DNA of 35,708 bases from Pseudomonadota bacterium (GTDB lineage: Bacteria; Pseudomonadota; Gammaproteobacteria; Burkholderiales; Burkholderiaceae_E), in assembly GCA_041167925.1 (NCBI GenBank), contig JBEELY010000346.1, positions 1 through 35,708 of the forward strand, in the 5' to 3' direction. Below are positions 1-7,423 of this stretch, one piece after another; position 1 is the stretch's first letter; each line of letters opens with the position of its first letter. The position numbers and the translations under genes were made by a program. A model generated the notes under the pieces. It was not told the DNA's origin and did not search any database. It saw nothing but the letters and a program-made list of their open reading frames with translations.

Positions 1-2
1 CA

Positions 3-305
3 TCAGACCCCCTTGACGCGGAGGGCGGCGAAGTCGCCGTCCATCAGCTTCTTCTTGCAGTAGAGCGCGAACTCCTTGGTGCCGATGGCCGCGCCACACT
101 CAGCCGACCACTGCTCCGCGACCACGAAGGGGATCGAGCCGACCTTGCGGTACGCCGCTTCGCCGTACATCGACGGCATGACATCGGCCTCGCGCTTGTT
201 CTGCTCGATGATGGCCTGCACGTCCTGATGGCGGCTGACGATCAGCTTGCCATCCTGCTCGACCATCCGCTCAACGATGCCGCTGAACTGGTCAAGCGTC
301 CGCAT
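3..305 (-). CDS. hypothetical head-module protein (100 aa)
   Basis: ORF 3..428 trimmed to the ATG at 303-305 (MRTLDQF...), with AAGGTGG about 7 nt upstream. It lies downstream of the capsid gene on the same strand. No family recognised. Confidence 0.55.
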   Translation of the reverse strand: MRTLDQFSGIVERMVEQDGKLIVSRHQDVQAIIEQNKREADVMPSMYGEAAYRKVGSIPFVVAEQWSAECGAAIGTKEFALYCKKKLMDGDFAALRVKGV

Positions 306-468
306 CGCGCGCCACCTTCTTCGGCTTCTCGTCCTTGACCTCCCGCGCCCAACCCTGGTCGAGCAGCCAGTCGGCGCTGTCATCGGGGGCCTCGACGATT
401 TCGCCAGCCGCGCGGGGCTTGTCGCCAATCCACGGCATGCGGTCGGTCAGTATCTTCAGCTTGATCAT
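292..468 (-). CDS. small hypothetical protein (58 aa)
   Basis: ORF 292..573 trimmed to the ATG at 466-468 (MIKLKILTDRMPW...). It overlaps the next gene by 14 nt and sits just after the capsid terminator hairpin. No family recognised. Confidence 0.4.
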   Translation of the reverse strand: MIKLKILTDRMPWIGDKPRAAGEIVEAPDDSADWLLDQGWAREVKDEKPKKVARDADA

Positions 469-523
469 TTGCCTGCTCTCGCGTTGCAACTTGACGGCGA
501 GTATAGCAGCAAAGACATGCACG

Positions 524-556
524 CAAAAGTAGAAGGGGCCGCACGGTGGCGGCCCC
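524..556 (-). terminator. intrinsic terminator-like hairpin after the major capsid gene
   Basis: On the minus strand, GGGGCCGC-CACCGT-GCGGCCCC (8-bp GC stem) is followed by TTCTACTTTTG. It lies 24 nt downstream of the capsid stop at 580. Confidence 0.6.
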
Positions 557-579
557 TCCAGACGTTGCGTCAAGCCGGA

Positions 580-1563
580 TCAGAGAGCCGGGTTGATGTC
601 GGCGATCACGCCGTGCGCGGCTTCGGTGTCCACCTGGAGGCTGTACTCCACCGAGATCAGGCGGCGCTCCGAGTGACCCGTCTTCGCCAGCTCTTCCTGC
701 TTGGTGCGTTGCAGGTAGGCCATGCGGGCGTACGACGGATCGAGGACGAACACGTCGCGGGCACGCTGCCAGCGGTTCGGAACAACTTGCAGCTCACCGA
801 AGTCCGACACGTACAGGTCAACCGCCGCGACGATCTTCTTGTCGGAGATGTCGCGGTACTTGGTCGCCGAGCCCGTGAAGGACTGCGAGATCTTCTGCTT
901 CGCGCCAGCGCCGACCATGATGATCGACGGCTCAGCGCCGTTGGTCCAGCAGGACGAGATGACGGTGCGCAGCAGCGCCTCGGTCAGCTCGCGGGTCGTG
1001 CCAGCGTCGGTGGCGGCGGCGTTCGGGAAGCCGTTGGTGCTGCCCGACAGGGTGCCGTTCGCGCCGACGGGCGAACCCGTGCCGCGCGACACGTTGGTCC
1101 GCAGGAACGCAGGCAGGCCAGCAGCCGCGCGAGCGGTGGAGCTGTCGCCAGCGTTGGCGGCCACGTTGTCCAGAACCATCGTCTCCATGTCGCGCTTCAG
1201 CTCCTTGAGCTTGAACGCGATCTGCTTGGCGAGCGTCTGCGCGTCAGCAGCGCCATTCACGGCGTTGGCGGTCGAGGACACCTCGACGACCTTGTCCGAA
1301 ATCTGGGTGTAGTTGCCCAGACGGTTGGCGTTGGTCGGCGCGTCGTTGCCGGGGCTGTCTTCGCCTTCGATCACGCGGTTCGACGAGGACGGCGCGGCCA
1401 GGGCCACGACGGGCCACTCGACGAAGGTGTTCGACGCCGACTTGGTGCCGATGGCCGACATGAACGGGGTTTCGGTCGGCGAGATCGAGATCATCGCGTC
1501 CTGAAGGTCTTCGCGGATCGTACGAACGTCGTACGTCTTATTGCTGTTTGCAGCGGCAGTCAT
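580..1563 (-). CDS. major capsid protein (HK97-fold, SU10/DUF5309-like by motif recollection)
   Basis: 327 aa. The N-terminal YDVRTIREDLQDAMISISPTETPFMS and the overall Ala/Gly/Thr-rich composition are typical of this capsid family. It follows the scaffold gene, has AAGGA upstream and a terminator downstream. Confidence 0.85.
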   Translation of the reverse strand: MTAAANSNKTYDVRTIREDLQDAMISISPTETPFMSAIGTKSASNTFVEWPVVALAAPSSSNRVIEGEDSPGNDAPTNANRLGNYTQISDKVVEVSSTANAVNGAADAQTLAKQIAFKLKELKRDMETMVLDNVAANAGDSSTARAAAGLPAFLRTNVSRGTGSPVGANGTLSGSTNGFPNAAATDAGTTRELTEALLRTVISSCWTNGAEPSIIMVGAGAKQKISQSFTGSATKYRDISDKKIVAAVDLYVSDFGELQVVPNRWQRARDVFVLDPSYARMAYLQRTKQEELAKTGHSERRLISVEYSLQVDTEAAHGVIADINPAL

Positions 1564-1567
1564 TTCT

Positions 1568-2554
1568 TCATCCTTTCAACAGGAAGGCAGCTACGTCATC
1601 GACGCTGCCTGTGGACTTCATCCGAGACATCGCCTTCTTGGCCTCGATCTGCTTGCCAGTCGTTTCAGGCCGCTTCGCACCGGGTCGCACCACGGGGCGA
1701 TTGACCTGAGCAACCTTCTCCTGCACCCGCTCCTTGCCCGCCATGAGCTGGCGGTAGCGCATGGCGTCGTGCAGAACCTGCACGTGCCGCGCGTCGGAGA
1801 CGCCCTGCAACTCTTCCGGCGTGAAGCCGTAGTGCTGAGAGCCTGCCTCGATCAGCGATCGCTTCAACTCGCCTGCCTTCTTGGCGTCGGCGAAGTCGGG
1901 GATGCGCTGCGTCAGGAGCTGCGCCTGCTCGGCCAGGTAGGCCTTGTATGCGCGCGCCTGCTGCTCGGACTGCTGTTGCATCAGGAAGGCCTGCTGCTGC
2001 GCCAGTGCCTGACGCTGCTCCATGCCCTCACGATATGCAGCCTCTTGCTCGAGGTATGCGATGGGGTCCGTCTTCAGGAGTTCCCTCGACGGAGGTTGCG
2101 GGTTCCCAGCCGCAGAGAGCTGCTGCTGGTAGACGGCAAGAGCCTGAGCCAGTTCGGCGCGCTCTTGGTTCAGCGCATTGTAGACAGTCTCGGCTTCCCT
2201 ACGGACCGCCGCAACTTCCTGCATGCGCTTCTGGATGTAGCCTTGCCCTGCGAAGGAGCGCTTTAGGTCGTCGAGGGTGACCTCCACTTCCTGGCCGTCA
2301 ACCTTGACGCGGAAGCTCTGTGTGGGTTCCTCTCCGCCGTCGTCTTCGTCGGCAGTCTCATCCGTCTCGACGGCGTCGCCGTCGTCTTCGCCAGCCGGAT
2401 CGTTCGCCTCATCCACAACATCGTCAGCCTGCGTGTCCGCGTCGGCCTGTGCTGCGTCGTCTGCGACTTCCGTCTGGTCGTCTTCATTTTGCCCCGACAG
2501 GAGGGACATTGCAACGCTGTCGATATCGCCAGCGCCGAGGGTCGTGGTCGTCAT
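1568..2554 (-). CDS. scaffolding protein (328 aa) with a long acidic N-terminal tract
   Basis: ORF trimmed to the ATG at 2552-2554 (MTTTTLG), with AAGGTGG upstream and an ATGA overlap with the preceding ORF. It sits between portal and capsid. The central part is Gln/Ala/Glu-rich and helical, and the C-terminus is basic. Confidence 0.7.
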   Translation of the reverse strand: MTTTTLGAGDIDSVAMSLLSGQNEDDQTEVADDAAQADADTQADDVVDEANDPAGEDDGDAVETDETADEDDGGEEPTQSFRVKVDGQEVEVTLDDLKRSFAGQGYIQKRMQEVAAVRREAETVYNALNQERAELAQALAVYQQQLSAAGNPQPPSRELLKTDPIAYLEQEAAYREGMEQRQALAQQQAFLMQQQSEQQARAYKAYLAEQAQLLTQRIPDFADAKKAGELKRSLIEAGSQHYGFTPEELQGVSDARHVQVLHDAMRYRQLMAGKERVQEKVAQVNRPVVRPGAKRPETTGKQIEAKKAMSRMKSTGSVDDVAAFLLKG

Positions 2555-2793
2555 TGCGGTGCCACCTTGCTTTGACGCCTGTCGAAGACGGCCTCGTCGT
2601 CCGAGAACGATTGGAGGCGAGCTTCCAGCGCGTCGAGCGCCCACACCATGTGGCGCGCTTCAATGAGGACTTCATCGGGCGCGCGGCCCGTGAAGATGGC
2701 GATCTGATCCGCGCGCAGGCCGTCGATGGCCTCCCGCAGAACGAGATCGCCGAGAAGGGCCCGCGCGCGGGATGCCTTCTGCTTGATGTCCAT
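2551..2793 (-). CDS. hypothetical protein (80 aa) between portal and scaffold
   Basis: ATGA overlaps at both ends (2791-2795 and 2551-2554). No family recognised. Confidence 0.55.
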   Translation of the reverse strand: MDIKQKASRARALLGDLVLREAIDGLRADQIAIFTGRAPDEVLIEARHMVWALDALEARLQSFSDDEAVFDRRQSKVAPQ

Positions 2794-4895
2794 CAGATCA
2801 CCCCACCGTTACCCGCAGGCGCACCGCCAGGGCCACGCATCGCGGCCTGCTCGGCCTTGATCTGGGCCGTCTGAACGGCGACGCCGCTCCTGGCCTCGAT
2901 CTCCGCCGCGCGCAGGTACAAGTCCTGCGCCATGCGGTCGCGCTCGCGGTCGTCGGCCATCTGGGCCTTCATGGCTTCGATCTGGTTCTTCTGCATGTCG
3001 GCCTGCACGCGGGCGCTGACCTTCATCTGCTCGGCTTGGAGGAACGCCGCCGACTGCGGGTCTTGCTGCGGCTGCTGCTGCGCGGCGGCCTGTGCCGCCT
3101 GGCCCATGAGCTGCTGCTCGATCTGCATGCTCATCGGGCGGTAATAGCGATCGGCGTTGCGGACGCCAGCGGCGAACAGGATATCAGCCAGCGTGTTGCG
3201 GATCTCCGTCAGGCCGACGAGCGGGTTCTGCGGGCCGTAGGCCTGCATGATGCCCATCTGGGTCTGCAACGTGGCGGCCAGCGCCATCTGCTTCTCTTCC
3301 TCGCGGCCAGTGCCCAGGCCGACGTTGATCGTCACGTCCATGTCAGCGTTCCAGACACGCGGGTCCATCGGCACGAAAGACGTGTTGAGGCGCATCATTT
3401 CGGGGCCGCGTGCGTGCTTGATCCAGAGGTGCAGCATGATCTTGTAGAGGCGGCGCAGGCCGCCTTCGGCCAGGTTGCGCGCCATCGTCTCGACCTGAGC
3501 GGCGGCGGCGGAGATAGTGGCGGTGACGGCAGCCTTGGTCGTCGATTGGAGGGCATCGGGATCAAGGCCTTGAGAAGCGCGCGTCACCCCCGTCTTCTGT
3601 TCGACGAGGTCGTCAATGTATTGCAGGGCGGGCAGCGTCTGCCCGGCCACGAAAGGCACCGAAAGCTCGCGGACGGCGTCGATCTGGCGCATCCGCACCA
3701 CGCCGCCGATCTCATTGTTGAGCAGGTCGGACATGTTCACCATGCCCTCAACGGCCCCCGTGCGGGGACTGTTGGTCATGGCCACGTTGTCCAGGATGCC
3801 GCGCAGCACAGCCGTGCCTGCGTCCTGCTCGTTCTTGATCAGGTCGTAGATCGATCGACCGAAGAAGGCGTGCGGCTCAGGGTCGATCTCGAAGACGGCG
3901 AAAGGGCTCTCATCGGCAGGCTCGAAGTCCAGCAGCTTGTAGCCCGTGCCGCCGAGCAGGAAGCGATGCAGGACGGGGACGCCCGTGCCATCGACATCCA
4001 CCCGCATGTAGGCCTCAGTCAGCGTGACCTTCCGCATGGCCGGATCGCTCGCACTCTCGTCGTCCATGTAGTCTGCGGTGTACTTCCGGCGCGCGTCGCG
4101 CTCCTCGTCCGACAGGTCGTCGCCGCCATCGTCGAAGGATCCGAGATCGACCACGTCGTCGAAGGCGAAGCCCATCTCCACGAGATCACCGACGCGCATC
4201 TCAGTGCGCTGGCCGTGGATGTAGGCTGTCTCCGCGTCGCGGGCGCGGCTGTCCACGAAGAACTCTTCCGGCGGCACCGAGGCGACGCACATCTTGCCGC
4301 GCGTCTCCGTGCGGCTGATCTTCAGGTCATGCGTGGACATGGACATGGCCATGCCCATCGGATCCATCTGCTCGACCACGTTCGCCGTGTGCTCCAGCAC
4401 CTCGACGCCCGGCTCGTTCAGGACGAGCATCAGCTCGTCGTCGGAGAGGTCGGTGAAGGTGAAGACCTCGGCCTTCGACTGATCCTCCCACCACACCTTC
4501 AGGATGCCTGTCTTCTTGCGAAGCGCGTCATCGAAGGCGTCGTTCAGGAGGCGGAAGCCGTTCGACTGCTCGAGCTTCTTCTGGATGCCGATCGTGGCCT
4601 GCTCCGCGCTTGCCACGTCTTCGGGGCCGACGGGCACGAACTCGGCGGGCTTCTCGTGCGACAGGAAGATCCGCATCAGGCTCGGCTTGACCTGCCGGAT
4701 GGTGTCGCGCACCTTCGTGGCGACCACCTTCGATCGGCCTTCCTCGACCCCGATGTCCACTTCGCCATCGAAGTACTGCTGCGCCTTCACGCGCTCAGGC
4801 GCGATCTCGCTCTCGATGAAATCGACAGCGTCCTGCACCGCTCCGGCCACCAGGGCCTCTAGCTCGTCTCGGGTCTTCGGCTTCAGTTGAGCCAC
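2793..4895 (-). CDS. portal protein
   Basis: 700 aa, positioned upstream of scaffold and capsid. Size and N-terminal region are typical of podoviral portals, and the C-terminal tail is a Gln/Ala-rich coiled coil. GTG start at 4893-4895 with GAGGG 6 nt upstream. Confidence 0.8.
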   Translation of the reverse strand: MAQLKPKTRDELEALVAGAVQDAVDFIESEIAPERVKAQQYFDGEVDIGVEEGRSKVVATKVRDTIRQVKPSLMRIFLSHEKPAEFVPVGPEDVASAEQATIGIQKKLEQSNGFRLLNDAFDDALRKKTGILKVWWEDQSKAEVFTFTDLSDDELMLVLNEPGVEVLEHTANVVEQMDPMGMAMSMSTHDLKISRTETRGKMCVASVPPEEFFVDSRARDAETAYIHGQRTEMRVGDLVEMGFAFDDVVDLGSFDDGGDDLSDEERDARRKYTADYMDDESASDPAMRKVTLTEAYMRVDVDGTGVPVLHRFLLGGTGYKLLDFEPADESPFAVFEIDPEPHAFFGRSIYDLIKNEQDAGTAVLRGILDNVAMTNSPRTGAVEGMVNMSDLLNNEIGGVVRMRQIDAVRELSVPFVAGQTLPALQYIDDLVEQKTGVTRASQGLDPDALQSTTKAAVTATISAAAAQVETMARNLAEGGLRRLYKIMLHLWIKHARGPEMMRLNTSFVPMDPRVWNADMDVTINVGLGTGREEEKQMALAATLQTQMGIMQAYGPQNPLVGLTEIRNTLADILFAAGVRNADRYYRPMSMQIEQQLMGQAAQAAAQQQPQQDPQSAAFLQAEQMKVSARVQADMQKNQIEAMKAQMADDRERDRMAQDLYLRAAEIEARSGVAVQTAQIKAEQAAMRGPGGAPAGNGGVI

Positions 4896-4921
4896 GTCAC
4901 GCCCTCACATGGTCTGAGGGC

Positions 4922-4950
4922 ATGATACAACTTGCGCGTTCATTTCACAA
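4922..4950 (-). promoter_or_regulatory. candidate sigma70-like promoter for the portal-scaffold-capsid genes
   Basis: On the minus strand, TTGTGA (4950-4945), a 17-nt spacer and TATCAT (4927-4922) lie in the 72-nt gap before the portal start. Confidence 0.3.
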
Positions 4951-4967
4951 CCGAAGCGGGAATGTGG

Positions 4968-5066
4968 CTACTTCTTGTAGCCGCCCTTGCCCATGCAGCG
5001 GCCAGCGGCCTTGCACTTCGACGGGGACAAGCAGCCCTTGCAGGGCTTGAGCACGGGCTTCTTCAT
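4968..5066 (-). CDS. 32-aa Lys/Cys-rich cationic peptide (MKKPVLKPCKGCLSPSKCKAAGRCMGKGGYKK)
   Basis: Not in the ORF track because it is under 60 aa. The ATG at 5064-5066 overlaps the holin stop as ATGA, and the TAG stop is at 4968-4970. It has 9 Lys and 1 Arg, 4 Cys, and G/C-ending codons like its neighbours. Confidence 0.4.
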   Translation of the reverse strand: MKKPVLKPCKGCLSPSKCKAAGRCMGKGGYKK

Positions 5067-5254
5067 TTCTTCGCGCGCTCCACCTTGTCCCAGGCCGAGA
5101 GGGCGACGCCGACCAGCGTCAGCAGAGCGCCGGAGACGGTTTCGACCTGGCCGGAGGTGATCACACCGTACGACGCAAGAGCGCCGCCAGCGGTCGTGGC
5201 AAGGTGGCGAGAGATCGCCAGGATCAGGGGTTTCATGAAGGCAGCGTTCAGCAT
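5063..5254 (-). CDS. holin-like small membrane protein (63 aa)
   Basis: Two hydrophobic segments (PLILAISRHLATTAGGALASYGVI and VSGALLTLVGVALSAW) and a charged C-terminus (DKVERAKK). It lies 4 nt downstream of the amidase gene, with AAGGA upstream. Confidence 0.6.
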   Translation of the reverse strand: MLNAAFMKPLILAISRHLATTAGGALASYGVITSGQVETVSGALLTLVGVALSAWDKVERAKK

Positions 5255-5258
5255 CGTG

Positions 5259-5696
5259 TCAGTCCTTCTTGCTGTGCCACGAGGGCACGTTGAAGCCAGG
5301 GCAAGCCTTCTGGGCCCACTGATTGTGACCGCTCACCGCGAGCTTGCCGTACTTGCGTTGCAGGTCCGCGATGACGGCGCGAAGCGCCCGATCCTGCGAC
5401 GCGGTGAAGTTTTCCTCGAAGGTGTCGGTCGCCGCCGATCCGAAGCCGCCGACCAGGCACACGCCGACGGTGCCCGTGTTGCGGCCCTGCGTGTGCGCGC
5501 CGACCCGCTCCAGGGGGCGGCCAGCGGTCACGGTGCCATCGCGGTCGATCACGTAGTGGTATCCGATGTCGGACCAGCCGTTGTCGCGCATGTGCCAGAG
5601 CTTGATCTCGCGCACCTTCGCCGACGCCGTCTTGCCGTCCATCCAGTTCGGCCTCGTCGCCGAGCAGTGGACGATGACCTCCTTGATGGGCCTCAT
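5259..5696 (-). CDS. N-acetylmuramoyl-L-alanine amidase (T7-lysozyme/PGRP-type, Amidase_2) endolysin
   Basis: ORF trimmed to the ATG at 5694-5696. The sequence MRPIKEVIVHCSATRP...WSDIGYHYVIDRDGTV..GRP....GAHT.G.N...GVCLVGG...CPGF matches the classic Amidase_2 motif set. Confidence 0.9.
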   Translation of the reverse strand: MRPIKEVIVHCSATRPNWMDGKTASAKVREIKLWHMRDNGWSDIGYHYVIDRDGTVTAGRPLERVGAHTQGRNTGTVGVCLVGGFGSAATDTFEENFTASQDRALRAVIADLQRKYGKLAVSGHNQWAQKACPGFNVPSWHSKKD

Positions 5697-6016
5697 GCGA
5701 GCAGCTCCCTTATCGAGGCCTCCATGCGTTCGCGCGTGAACAGTTCGGGCCTGACGCGGCGGCGCATGTCCTCGGGGCGGAAGAATAGCACAATCTCCAG
5801 TTGCAGCGCCACTAGGGCGTAGATGTCGGTGTTGGGGCCGATGGAGCGGAAGCAGAAGCCGTAGGTTTGCAGCTTGTCCTTGCCGTAGGCCGTAGGCTCT
5901 GTTGCCGACTTGACCTGGACCGTGAGCATCCGCCCGCTGGGCGTCCTGACCCACAGGTCGTGCTCCTCTCGATCCACATGCGCCACCTGCACGCCGTGGC
6001 GCTCGAGCTGGTACAT
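5693..6016 (-). CDS. PD-(D/E)xK (Hjc/restriction-endonuclease-like fold) small protein, function unknown
   Basis: 107 aa from the ATG at 6014-6016; an upstream TTG at 6037 is an alternative start. LERHG...HDLWV...LTVQVKSA gives an E...D...QxK arrangement. ATGA overlap with the amidase start. Confidence 0.5.
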   Translation of the reverse strand: MYQLERHGVQVAHVDREEHDLWVRTPSGRMLTVQVKSATEPTAYGKDKLQTYGFCFRSIGPNTDIYALVALQLEIVLFFRPEDMRRRVRPELFTRERMEASIRELLA

Positions 6017-6080
6017 CGTCAGCAGCTCACCGACCAAACCCGTGTCACGGGTGGCGCTTCTGCGGTCTACCGCATGCAGG

Positions 6081-6308
6081 TCATTTCCTCAGGGCGGCCT
6101 CGATGCTGTCGAGCTTGGCGAAGATCGCGTCGATGGTGCGCCGCATCTCCTTGAACTCGCGGTCGTGCGCCTCCTTGGATGCCTCGATCTGGGCCTGCAT
6201 CACGGCGATCAGCGTGGCGTGCGACTGCTGCTTGGTGTGCAGCAGCCAAACGAACGCGCCGACGGGCAGAACCACGTACTTCAGCGCCATGTCGATCCAC
6301 GTGTCCAT
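6081..6308 (-). CDS. single-pass membrane protein with coiled-coil tail (75 aa); i-spanin-like or holin/antiholin-like
   Basis: The ATG at 6306-6308 overlaps the upstream stop as TGATG. An N-terminal hydrophobic segment (ALKYVVLPVGAFVWLL) is followed by a charged helical region. Confidence 0.5.
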   Translation of the reverse strand: MDTWIDMALKYVVLPVGAFVWLLHTKQQSHATLIAVMQAQIEASKEAHDREFKEMRRTIDAIFAKLDSIEAALRK

Positions 6309-7423
6309 CAATACTGCTCCTGCTCGGGACGCAGGCCAAGGAGGCCGAAGAGGGGGGCGCTGCCCGCAAGGGCGGCGCTCAAATTTTCAGACCGCGCCCG
6401 GCGCGGGTCGAAGGCAGCGAAGCGCGAGCGCAGCACCGCGTCGGAAGCACCGCCGCGATCCGTCAGCATGATGTTGCTGACGCTGCCGGGGTCTTCGACA
6501 TCGTTGATGTAGGGCAGGCTGGTGAAGCCCTCATCGGCCAGGCGGCGGCGCATCATGGGCGGAACGTCGCGGCGATCGATGCCATGCTCGTCGGCCATTG
6601 CCGAGATGAACATCTCGAGGTCAAGCTCGGTCCAGGGCTTCCCCGTTGACGGATTATTGAACGGGCGCGACAGATCTGCCTTCAGTGGGATCGTGAAGCC
6701 TGTCGGCTCCTCCCACCCCATAAAGCGGTCCTCGGCTGCGCGCTGCGTGCCAACGTGCGGGCCGAGCCTGCTGGTCGAGCCCGTCGATTTATCCAGGTCA
6801 AAGGCGGTGAAGTCTTCGGGGGAACGCGACCAGTGGTACACGTCCGACCAGCCATCGCCGAAGTCAGCCGCACGGCCCGGCATCGTCAGCGCACCGCCGT
6901 CGCCGACAGCGAAGTCCACGATGCTGCGTTTCACGGCGGGGCCGGAGGTCGCCACGAATTGCGCGGCATCGCTCAGTAGGCCGTCAGCGGCCCGCGCAGC
7001 GCCCTTGGCCGCAGGGCCGAGGCCCAGCAGCGACGGGATCACCATCGCGCCCGTCAGGGCCGCCTCCGCAGCCGCTGTGCCGTAGTTTCCGGCGCGGGTC
7101 TGATCGGCGACGCTCTGCCCCATCAGGCGGATGTCCTCGATGCCCTGCGGCACGCCCGCGACGGGCGTGAACGACAGCGCGGTCAGGTACTCCGGCGTGC
7201 CGCGCACAAGGCCTGCGTCCATCGCCTTGTCGGCCAGATACGCGGTGACGCGGTTCTCGCTGCTCAGCGCCTCGGCCATCGACAGCAGCTCGTCCAGATC
7301 GAAGCGCGACTGGCGGTCCCAATATGCGCGACCTTGCGCGTCCGTCTTCATGACGGGCTGTGTGTCCATTGCCGCGCGCAGGATGCGCGGATCGTCCAGG
7401 AGGGCGAGATACCTCTCGTCCAT
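6308..7423 (-). CDS. hypothetical virion-cargo-type protein (371 aa)
   Basis: Coupled to both neighbours through TGATG overlaps. Hydrophobic Gly/Ala segments occur mid-protein and at the C-terminus. The core VYHWSRSPEDFTAFDL...GPHVGT..AA.DR...FTIPLKADLSRPFNNP...W is discussed in the findings. Confidence 0.65.
   Translation of the reverse strand: MDERYLALLDDPRILRAAMDTQPVMKTDAQGRAYWDRQSRFDLDELLSMAEALSSENRVTAYLADKAMDAGLVRGTPEYLTALSFTPVAGVPQGIEDIRLMGQSVADQTRAGNYGTAAAEAALTGAMVIPSLLGLGPAAKGAARAADGLLSDAAQFVATSGPAVKRSIVDFAVGDGGALTMPGRAADFGDGWSDVYHWSRSPEDFTAFDLDKSTGSTSRLGPHVGTQRAAEDRFMGWEEPTGFTIPLKADLSRPFNNPSTGKPWTELDLEMFISAMADEHGIDRRDVPPMMRRRLADEGFTSLPYINDVEDPGSVSNIMLTDRGGASDAVLRSRFAAFDPRRARSENLSAALAGSAPLFGLLGLRPEQEQY

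Noticed and set aside
1-60. Terminal direct repeats or cohesive ends at the window boundaries
   Set aside because: The first and last 40 or so nt share no similarity. The boundary falls in an ordinary intergenic spacer, so it is probably an arbitrary linearisation point.
247-1704. 485-aa plus-strand ORF overlapping the capsid gene
   Set aside because: It is antisense to a gene with a clear capsid signature. The product is Arg/Gly/Ala/Leu-rich junk typical of the reverse frame in GC-rich DNA. It has an alternative start and no Shine-Dalgarno.
3036-4862. 608-aa plus-strand ORF inside the portal gene
   Set aside because: Same artefact: a long open antisense frame in GC-rich coding DNA with a low-complexity Arg/Leu/Ala/His product.
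6067-6369. Possible embedded o-spanin lipoprotein (SASLAC...) in an alternative frame over the 75-aa gene
   Set aside because: The residue at the -3 position of the would-be lipobox is Ser, not Leu/Val/Ile. There is no hydrophobic signal before it, and the rest of the frame is Arg-rich antisense-type junk.
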